Source: Candidatus Omnitrophota bacterium
GTDB taxonomy: Bacteria; Omnitrophota; Gorgyraeia; Zapsychrales; Fredricksoniimonadaceae
Direction of reading: 5' to 3'
Length of the DNA: 64,000 nt
Assembly (NCBI GenBank): GCA_037131245.1
Contig: JBAXRK010000006.1
Coordinates: 52,295 to 116,294, forward strand
The notes beneath the pieces were generated by a model. It did not search any database and was not told the origin of the DNA. It saw only the letters and a list, made by a program, of their open reading frames with translations. Each line of letters starts with the position of its first letter. Positions within the stretch are counted from its first letter, which is position 1. Of the stretch, positions 15,774 to 25,500 are shown one piece after another. Made by a program: the position numbers and the translations under genes.

Positions 15774-15803
15774 TTGACACGCCACACTTTAGTGTGGTAT
15801 AAG
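15774..15803 (+). promoter_or_regulatory. lexA promoter: TTGACA-18 nt-(TGg)TATAAG with an extended -10
   Basis: TTGACA lies at 15774-15779 and TGGTATAAG at 15795-15803. The -10 ends 6 nt before the lexA ATG. Confidence 0.6.
15782..15797. promoter_or_regulatory. Putative LexA operator: perfect inverted repeat CCACACT-TT-AGTGTGG
   Basis: A 7-2-7 perfect palindrome exactly fills the -35/-10 spacer of the lexA promoter, which is the classical position for autoregulation. Confidence 0.5.
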
Positions 15804-15809
15804 TATTGC

Positions 15810-16409
15810 ATGTCAAACGATACCCTTACCGCCAAGCAAAAAGAAGTCCTCAAATTCATCTACGAGCAGATCCGCTTTAAACAGTTAGCGCCGACTATCC
15901 GTGAGATCGGCGAGCGTTTCAATTTTTCCTCTACGGGTACCGTCCGCGATTATCTCAATGCTTTAGTCAATAAAGGCTATATCCGGGTTCAGGAAGGCAA
16001 GTCACGGGCTATTGAGCTGGTTAAAGAGGCTTTGTTCCAGGTGCCTGTTCTGGGACGGGTCCAGGCCGGCCAACCGGTGTACGCCGCCGAAGATCTACTG
16101 GGTTATTTGAACCTTGATCAATTTGTTTTTCCTGATCCTGACGTGTTCGCGTTGAAAGTCCGTGGTTTAAGCATGCGCGATGCCGGGATCATGGATGGCG
16201 ATTTTGTCCTCATCCGCAAGCAGGAACATGCCCAGCCAGGCGAGATCGTGGTCGCGATCATGGGGGAAGAGGCTACTGTCAAGCGTCTTGCCCGGCGAGG
16301 TTCTCAGTTGTTTCTTGATCCGGCCAATCCGGATTTCCAGCCCATCCCTCTTACCGCCGAAGTGTCCATTATCGGCAAAGTCCTCCAGGTTGTTCGAGAT
16401 TACGCATAA
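15810..16409 (+). CDS. lexA: SOS repressor LexA
   Basis: MSNDTLTAKQKEVLKFIYEQI is the wHTH N-terminus, VQAGQP holds the Ala-Gly cleavage site, and the S24 peptidase dyad is present (GLSMRDAGIMDGD ... ATVKRL). The 15774 TTG start in the ORF track is the -35 hexamer. Confidence 0.93.
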   Translation: MSNDTLTAKQKEVLKFIYEQIRFKQLAPTIREIGERFNFSSTGTVRDYLNALVNKGYIRVQEGKSRAIELVKEALFQVPVLGRVQAGQPVYAAEDLLGYLNLDQFVFPDPDVFALKVRGLSMRDAGIMDGDFVLIRKQEHAQPGEIVVAIMGEEATVKRLARRGSQLFLDPANPDFQPIPLTAEVSIIGKVLQVVRDYA

Positions 16410-16422
16410 TACCAAAACCGCC

Positions 16423-16439
16423 GGGCTCTGTTAGAGCCC
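16423..16439 (+). terminator. Hairpin after lexA (GGGCTCT-GTT-AGAGCCC)
   Basis: A 7-bp GC-rich stem lies 14 nt after the lexA stop. The only downstream U-tract is a short GTTTTCT, so it is weak. Confidence 0.4.
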
Positions 16440-16533
16440 AGGAAAGCGTTTTCTCACTTTTCCTCTGTACCTCTTTTATTGCTTATTTATATAGGTTATT
16501 CTTATTCCGGCGAGTGAAGTTGTTAAAACCGGG

Positions 16534-19500
16534 GTGGATATGTTTCAAGATGTTGAGCACAAACAACTTAAGAGATTTATTAGCCTGTTTCTGGCTATTA
16601 CTTTCTCATGTCAATCCGTAGGGATGGCGGATGTTTTTACCGGGGGCCTGCCTCAACCCGGGAGTTTGGTAGCTCTAAGTCCCAAAATTGAGCCGGCTCT
16701 TTTGGCCGGGTTACAGATCGATCCGCAGGATCCTTTCAAGTTCAATTTTTTGATCCGCCGCGCGGAAAGCCCCATTAACGAAGCGGCCAAGCCGGACGAG
16801 TACCGCCGGCTGATCACATATTTTCTCGCTTCACTTACCCTTCCCAATGAAGACATGTGGGTCAACCTTTCTCCGGTGGAACATGACCGGATGATAAAGG
16901 ACAATTTCCGTCATACAGCGATGGGGCGCGATCTGCTCGCGCAGGATTACCTTTTAAAACAGATCACGGCCTCCCTGATCGATCCCGAGGGGGAAACGGG
17001 TAAAGCCTTCTGGAAAAAGGTTTACGCGAAAGCCAGCGAGGTTTACGGGACTTCCGATGTGCCGGTGGATACTTTTAATAAGGTCTGGATCATTCCCGAC
17101 CGGGCGGTGGTCTACGAGAAGAATGACACGGCGGTGATCGTTGAGAGCCATTTGAAAGTGATGCTGGAAACGGATTATGTCCTGGAGAATCAGCGCCTCG
17201 GGCTGGCGGGGGATACAACTTCGTCGCAAGCGTTGGAACCCACGCGCGAACTCTCCAAGCAAGTCATGCGCGATGTGGTCATTCCTGTCCTGGAGAAAGA
17301 AGTTAATGAAGGGGCGAATTTCGCCCGGTTGCGCCAGGTGGCGAGCGCTATGGTCATGGCCACCTGGTTCAAGAAAAGCTTGCGACAGAGCCTTCTGGGT
17401 CGGATGTATACGGACAAGAGTAAGGTCGCCGGGCTTGATGAAGGGCTTGATCAAGGGGATCCGGAGAAGATCTATCAGCTTTATCTTGAAGCTTATCGGA
17501 AGGGCGTTTTTAATTTCATTAAAGAGGAACAGGATCCGGTATCCGGCGAAGATATCCCGAGGAAATATTTTTCCGGCGGTATCCAGGCCCCGGCGCCGGA
17601 TTCAGCCGAGATCATCCACGAAGTTTCTGAAATGTCGCCGCGGCAGAAAGCGAATTTTGAGGCGGTCATTAAATCTGATGTTGTTAAAACGCGCCTGTTT
17701 GATTCCTTAAAAGGGGCGGTGGGGAAAGCCGGGCTTTGGGCCAAGGCGCTTTTTTCCGGCAAGAAGGCACCGCTGGTTTTGCCGGAGCTTCCGACTGAGA
17801 AAGACATCCGTTTAAGCAAACAGTCTTTCGAGATCGATATTCCCGGACAAGGTAAATTTGTTGACCTTGATCATTTTGTGGATGCCCAGAAAAAGGTTCC
17901 CGCTGGCCAGTCGTACGAGGACTTGATCGGGCGGGACGGCTATACCAAGGCCAAGGTCGACGGGATCATCGGGTATGATCCACAGACCGGCGTCAGCACG
18001 TATGAGGATCCGCGCCTCGGGGTGACGCTCTTCGATCAGAGCGGCACACCGCGTCTACGCGGTATAACGGAAGCTATCTCGAATGGGATCGACGCGCTTT
18101 ATCGGGGGATCAATGTTGATTTTATGCGCGGGCAGTTTAGCAAAGGCGTCAAGCAGATCGTGACCTGGCTGGAAGCCAATGGCCAGGACCGGGTTGAGGT
18201 GTATACCCGTCAGGCCAATGGCAAGGCCTATAAGCTGACGATCATCCAGGCGCCCCAAGGGACATATTTTGTTCAGATCATTGAATCTTCGGTTGAGGAA
18301 TTTCAGGCAAGAGCCGGCGATGTGTTAGGGAAGACGATCGAACACGGGACGGTCCTGCGCGTCCTGCCGACGAAAGAGATCCCTCGCACGGATGCGGAGC
18401 TCAAGGGAGAGGCTCTATATTCTTTGGAGGGCCTGGCGCGCGGTATTCAGGGCGTTTCGGGTTTTGTCAGGCATTTTAAGGTTTTCCTGCGAATCGAAGA
18501 TGAGGCGCCGGTCAAAGTGAATGGGTTTCATACGATCGTGGAGCCTGAGGTTGATTCGGTCGGTTCTAGTGAGGTTGACGAGGGGGTTGTCCAGGTCCGT
18601 CTGCGCAAGAACGAGATCGCGGTGGCGGATGAAGGGATCGGGATGGATGCCCGCCCGGTGTCGCGGATGATGGCGCCTGGCTTGGGTGATAAGGATCCTC
18701 GAATCCTCTCGCCTAAAGAGGAGGATGAGGAGTTAAAGAGTTTGATCGTAGGGTTTAAGGAAATAAAAGGCAACAATACGGTGTCTTTTGTCCGCCGGGG
18801 AGAGACCGTCCGTACGGTCAATATCCCGGAGGATGTCCATCCAGAGGCCCTGGTTCCTGATCAGGGGGGGCTGATGATCGACCTGGGGTTGTTGCTGCCG
18901 GTCCAGGAATCGCGCGGCCAGTTCAATTTGACGACTGGCTTTGAAAAAGGCATTCTTCACGCGGTTCGCAAGGTTCTGGAGCTGGAGGGAAAGACCGCTC
19001 AGGACAAGCTGCGGATCATCAATGCGATGGCGTTCGGGCTGGAAGGTCTTGAACCCGGGAATAACTACAACAAAAATCTTGTGACGCACACTTTGAGCGA
19101 GATCCAGAAAATGATCGCTCCGCTGATCGATGAGCTAAAGCAAAGGGGAGAATACGCCTTACTTCCCCATCAGGAGTCGTTTGGGCGGATCAAGCTTCCT
19201 GAAGGAAAAAAGCCCCTTTTTGTCCATTCCAGACTGTTTTCCTGGCGCCCAGGCGATCTGGATGCGGTCGGGGCAAAAGTCCTTCCGGGCCTCAAGGCCG
19301 GCGGGGCCAACCACCTGCCGATCCTGCTGATGCCTTTTACCGATGAAGCACTTAAAGGCGTTTCGCGCATGTCTCTGGCCTGGCACGCCTGGAAAAAAGG
19401 CGATCGCGTGCCGGTCATCAAGACAGACCGTTATGTGGTCGTGCCAGCGCAGATCTTTGAAAGACTAAGAGGTTTGGCTGATAAGAAGAATCGTGAAGAG

Positions 19501-22500
19501 TTGTCGGCCGTTGAACGGATGGAATATTTTGTTTGGGTTCAGCTTCTTAAGATCAAGACGGATGATGAAGGTGTCACGCAGTATGAGGATGCCGCGCCGA
19601 AGCAGTCTCTCGTCGTGGAGGAAAAGAAAACTTTCGAAGGTCCTAAAACGAAAAGGGATGAGAACCTGGCTAAATTACTGGAAGTGCCGCCGGGCCTCGA
19701 AGGGTTGCCGACGGCGCTTCCCGGGCAGCCTCCCGCCGGATCAAGCATGAAGCTTGCGCTTATTGAGAAAACCAATGAGCTTGTCGAGATCGGTACGGGA
19801 CGGCAGGTCATGCAGAATAACGGGGACGGGATCAAAGCGGCCGAACCGCTAACTAATGGCTACTACCTGGTGACGTTTAAAAATGGCGATCAGCAGGCGA
19901 TACAATTGTTGTCTGACCCGAGTAAGCCAGCTTTGCATGAACTTTACAGTAGCATGCGTGCAGAGGTTACTTTGCGGGGCAGGTTGGTCGTGTCTCCCGA
20001 CAAGAATTTCGTTTATCATTTGGGGGTCGATCAGAATGTCGATACTGTTCTGGATATGAGAGAAGGAAAAAGAAAGGTGATCTCCAAGATCATCGGCCGT
20101 CCGCTGGAGAATGCGCTCGATGAGCAGCGGGTTCATGTTAGCCGTGACGGAACGCATCTCTTTGTGGACCGCAGGGATGGCCGGCAGGGTGGTGAAAGAA
20201 AAGGGTATTTGATCGATACCAAGACGTGGCAGGTTGGGCCGTCCGTGCCCTCACACGGCACCATGGAAGTGGAACTTGATCCTGGTGATGCGTTTGTGAT
20301 GAACCCATTGGCGGACGCATTTATTATCCGCCGGGAGAAAACCGGGAAGTTGTGGCTCTTTGATTTTAAGAAGGGTTATGCCGGGGCGCCAGGGTTCGAT
20401 CATATCCGCACGTCTTCCAATGGCGAGTACAGCGTCCTGAAGCTGTCCATCAGCGGTTTTGCGATCTATGACCATATTAACGGAACGTTGAATATGTTGC
20501 CGCCCGATATTAAGGACGTTGTTATTTTAAGTTTTCCCCAGGGGCGGGTTCAGATCCTCGTCAATAATGAGAAAGGAAAAACCTTCAAGTTCCTGCCTTT
20601 ATCAAATCCGGCGACAGAATATGATTATTTGCGGGAGATGAAAGATGGTGATGTCGTGGCCTTGCATCATCAGGCGATATTGACCGAGTATATTAATGAG
20701 ACGGATGTGTTGCTCTCAACCGGCCAGCCAGGTTCTGCCAATTTCATAAAGGATAATTTTCAGGATGGCGTTCTTGAGCCGTCTGTTTATAAACATCCTG
20801 ATCTTGATGTCCTGATCGACCGTCGTGACCCGCAGCATCCCGCGCTTATCGGCCTGTCTGCCGGGGACAGGATCCCCTTTGTGGGTGAGGTCCTTGGCGC
20901 GGATAAAGACTGGGTCGGTGGACGCCTGCCTACGGGACAGTATTACAATTCAAGTTCGGCACGTGGGATCGAGCTGGTTAATGTTCCGGTGCAGGTCGTG
21001 GAGGGTGGGAAAGAATTCTTTCTGATGCATCTTGATCCGGCGGCGCCTGGAGCTCAATATCTACTGGTCAACAGGCATGAGCAGAAACGCATTGTTCTCC
21101 CGGATATCGATGCGGTCAAATATTCACGTGTCATTTTTGACGGAAAATTTTATCTCTTTACTGATCCTTTGACCGGGGATGCGGTCTACCTTGATCCGTC
21201 CCTGCCTGAAGCGCCTCTTGTTGTTCCGGTCAAGGCATCTTCCGATGGCCTGTTCAGGGACCTGGCAAAAGATGTGCCGAGGATCGAGGCGTCGGCAGCC
21301 ACCTGGGATTTGGATCCGGCCTGGGTGCGGAAAGCTCCCTCAGATGACGGGCATGTTTATGAGGTTGTTATGAAGCCCGGCTGGGTTAGGAGCAAGGATG
21401 TTAAAACCCTACAGGAAATGGACGGGTTTGTGGTTGATTCAAAAGGTGATACGAAGATCATTGAGGAGTCATCAAGCGGGCGGATCAGGAAGGCTATCAT
21501 TGATCTTTCGGGAGACAAGATCAATACCGGGCGCCTGGATGTCGGCGAGGATGTCTGGCTATCATCGAGCGGCAATTACGCTTTGTTCAAGAATGAAGCG
21601 GGGAAATATAGCGTTATATCGGATATTAAGAAGAACATGACGACCCATGCCGTAACATTCTCGGTAGAGATCGTCGGCCACCGTATCCTGCCGCAGAGGG
21701 ACATGGTTATTTTCAAGCTGAAGGATGGAACCTACTCTCTTCATGACCTTAAGTCCCCAAGAGCGCCGCTTATTGAAGGGGTTTCGCATCTTGAGGTTAC
21801 ATCCGGCGGCGATATGGCTGTGTTCAAGCGGAACGGAAAACTGTACTTTCTTGACCTGGCTGGTCCTGAGTCTGAGCAGCGTTATATCAAGGTGGATGAG
21901 GGCAAGTCCCTGCGTATCGGCCGGACCAAAGACGGCGGCACGGTCGTTATTGAGACGCCGGATCTTGTCGGTCCGGATTCCTCATTACAGATCTACTGGA
22001 GAGATGGTGGCGGCCGCCTCTTGCCTAGAGGTGCGGGTATAACGCTACGCGAGGTTGAGCTTGCGCAGGAAAAAGGTGAATTCCCGGAACTTTGGGAGTA
22101 TTACGATCTGGGGTCCAAGGCGATCACGGTCGGTCATGTTCGGCCGCCAGGGCTTGAGCCGGCTCTCTATAGTGGAGAGCCTCCGACCATTGGTTCACGT
22201 CAGGAGTTGATCGTGATGGGCTCATGTTATTGGGACCGGAATAGAGCGACACTGACTAGTGAAGCTTCGGGCTTTAGCGTTCAAATGCCCACGATCAATA
22301 TTTTGGAAGGCGATGTGGTGGCGCTGGAAGGTAATAATGTTTTTTATCGTTCTTCACTGCGCGGGCATCTTAGCCGGGGCATGACGGTCGTGATCCCCAG
22401 GAATAGCGGGTATGTTTCTTTTAAGGTTGACGTCGGTTTTGTTTCAACGGATAAGCGCTTTCTGGTTTTCAAGGACTTGGAGACCGGAGAATTGGTGGTT

Positions 22501-25500
22501 GTCAATGAGCAGGGTGAGGTCCGCAAGCTGGCGATCCCTTCTGGATTTAGTCTGGTCGGAACGTATGATGAGCAATTCGTTTTTGGCAATGAGGCTACGG
22601 GGGAAGTAAAGTGGCTCGATCTTAAGGCTGTTTTTGCTGAGGCAAAACCGGCCATGAGCGCGCAGGATAACGAGAAATCGGCCTCGATCCGTCAAGTTTG
22701 GGAATCAAAAGTCCTTTCTCTTCTTGATAACTGGCTGGGCCAGGAAAAAGCCGTTCATGCTGGTTTCTTTGAAGGCGCAACCGCCGAGCTTTCATTCTTG
22801 GCGACGCCTTTGATGGAGAAGCTCGAAAGGCAGCAGGACAAAGAAGTGCGCGAACGCTTTCAGGCCTTCCTGGATAAAGGCAACCCGCAGGATGGCTTGG
22901 ACCTTTCCGGACTGCCTTTGGATCGTTTCGCGGCGCGAATGGCGCTTCTTGCCCCTCTGTTGGGGCCGTATGTTAAAGCGCTTATTGATCGTACTGTTCA
23001 GGATCCGGTTGAGGTTCAAAGATCGTCTATGAGCGACCTGGTAAGAAAACTTTTTGCCTTGCTGTCAGACGATAAAAGAGCCGGAGAGGCGATCGATGAT
23101 GACCTGCTGGAAACGCTATCCCTGGGCTGGGATGTATCCTCTTCCAGAGAATTGGCCACGCGCTTGAAAGCAGCGTTGGTCAAGGCCGATCCGACCATCA
23201 CTTTTGGACGTCAGCGCAAGATCATGTCTTTTCTGGGGAAATTTGTGGCCCGAGCGCCACTGGAAAACGCAAAGATCGTCGAACAGCAGCTTGAGGAGAT
23301 CCTTACCAAGGTCTCCGCGAATGGCACGCCGTATGTGAAGCTGATGATCGATGCTTTTGATCATAAGGACGCGACGGTCGAGAATCTGAGTGGTTTTCTG
23401 ACCGATCCGCTGCGCGGGGGGCTGAAGATCGGGGAGGCCCGCCCCTTTGCGGTATTCCTTACCAATAAGAATGCCAAGCAGGTCCGGGAAGCCGAGGAGC
23501 GTGTGCCGTCGGGGACAGATCTTTTCAAGAAGTCGGTTCGCATTACCCAGACGCAGATGCTGCGTTTCTGGCAGAGGATGATGAAATCTTCCGATGACAA
23601 AAGGCCGGTCATGACGCCCGAGGAACTGGCGGACGCGGTTAACGAAGGCCTGCTGCCGGAGATGACGGAGGCGGATCGTAAAGCAGAGCTTAAGATCATC
23701 AATGATATGCAGAACCAGGCGGAGCCGGGCGCGCATACCCGTGAGGGTGCGGCCAATGCCCGCGATTCTATTTTGAAGTCGGGCCTTCATGGCTTTTTTT
23801 CGCTGTGGTGTTATTTGACCGGTAAGTCGGCTCAGCCGGAGTTTGTGGAAGAATATCGTGATACCGGCGTGGGCGCGCCTTTTCCGATGACCATGGCCAT
23901 GCCGATCTCAAGCAAAGCCGAAGGCGGCCAGGTGGAAACGACCGGGTTCTTCGGTGCCGGCAATCAAACGTTTTTCCGTGATACCGATAAGGTGGTGAGG
24001 ATCACCAGTAATAAGGATGGCGCTTACATGTTCACCTTCGAGCGTGACCTGGAGAATGACACCAAACAGTTCTTCCTGACCGGATTGCGTAAAATTAACG
24101 ACAGCGAACTTGAAACATTATTCGGCGCGGCAAAAACCGGCGTGATCGTCCGGCGCAAGAAGGTTTTGGCGAACAGCATCCCCGAGATCGACCGGATGCT
24201 CGCTGAACGGGCGCTTAAAACGTTCGCTGGCCTGGCCCAGCATGACGGATTTACGATGACGGTCGAGAACGAGAAAGGCGAACCCGAGCCGCTGGAAGTT
24301 GAAGCGAGCATTATCGGCGAAACCGATCTTACCGTAGGGGAGGGAGCCGGGAAAAAGCTCAAGATCTGGCAGACCAAGGATATGCCCTCGCAGATCGTGG
24401 ACAGCAGCGGATACCGGGTGTCGGATATTCCTGAGGAATATCTGACCTATATTCCTATTGAGTTACGCCCCCATATTGAAGAGTTGGGGATCATTATTCA
24501 GGTCCCCATGCCCTTGACGCGCAGCCGTAATGAGTTCGAGGATTATGAGACGCACAAGAAGGAGATATGGAAATCCGTAGCCGTCGCTTTTTACCGGGCG
24601 CTGGCGTATAAAACCATGACCCAGTCGAGCCCGCAATTCAATTTTGAAGGTTATTCTATGGACACCGAGAAAAGCGATGATCGGTCGTATTGGGATAGCG
24701 TGCTCAAGGACAAAGTCGCGTTCAAGCTGGCCGGATTGATCAATGGTGAAAGTTCAAGCGAGATCAGCGAGCAGGATCTGGCGCTTCTGGCCCGTCAGCC
24801 GGATGGCATTTCCAAGGTCAGGCGTTTCGTTAATTTGATCCTTTTACTTAAGGTGGCGATCGACCAAAATAAGCCCGATGTCAAGCAGAGCATCATGGAC
24901 CGCCGGGCCAGGGTTCAGGCGGCGGTCGATCCTGAAGGCGCGGCCAGGCACAAGTCTTTATTTGCCGACAGGGGGTATTCTTTTCAGTCGGATGCCGTTG
25001 TCCCTGAGTTTGAGGCCAAGGTATCGACCGGCCGCACGATGGTGACCGGGCATGAACAAATGAAAGACCCGGGTAAGTTTGTTCTTGATCGCGCGTTAAC
25101 TCCCGCTGAGCAGGAATTGGCACATCTGGCGGGCGTGATGGCCGCGGCGGCTGGTGTTGAGCAGGTCCTTCTGATCGAGGGCACGGCTTTTGCCGGCGCA
25201 TTTAAGCTTTACAAAGGAAAGCGCACCATGTTCCTGACCCGGACGCTGGCGGATAAGGTGCCTGACCCGGAAGCGAAGAACGGCATTATCGAGGATCGTG
25301 TTGATACAGTGATCCACGAGTTGGCGCATTTGCTGGAAGGCTTTATTGCCGCGGGGGACGCTGACACGGTTTGGAATGTCGGGTTCCTGGCTCCGGAGGA
25401 TCATGAGACCGAGACGCGTACCCATCAGGCCAAAGGCCTATTTACGGACGCGATGCAGTATCTGGCCGGTGTGGCTGCTTTTCATCTGGCTGGGATGGAT

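Noticed and set aside
18070-18650. A possible first GHKL-like module in the giant protein: EAISNGIDA (N-box-like, nt 18070-18096) and VADEGIGMD (G1-like, nt 18622-18648).
   Set aside because: The two motifs are 186 aa apart, versus ~30-50 aa in genuine Bergerat folds, and no G2 box follows. They may be chance matches or a heavily inserted domain, so I do not call it. It should be checked together with the second module.
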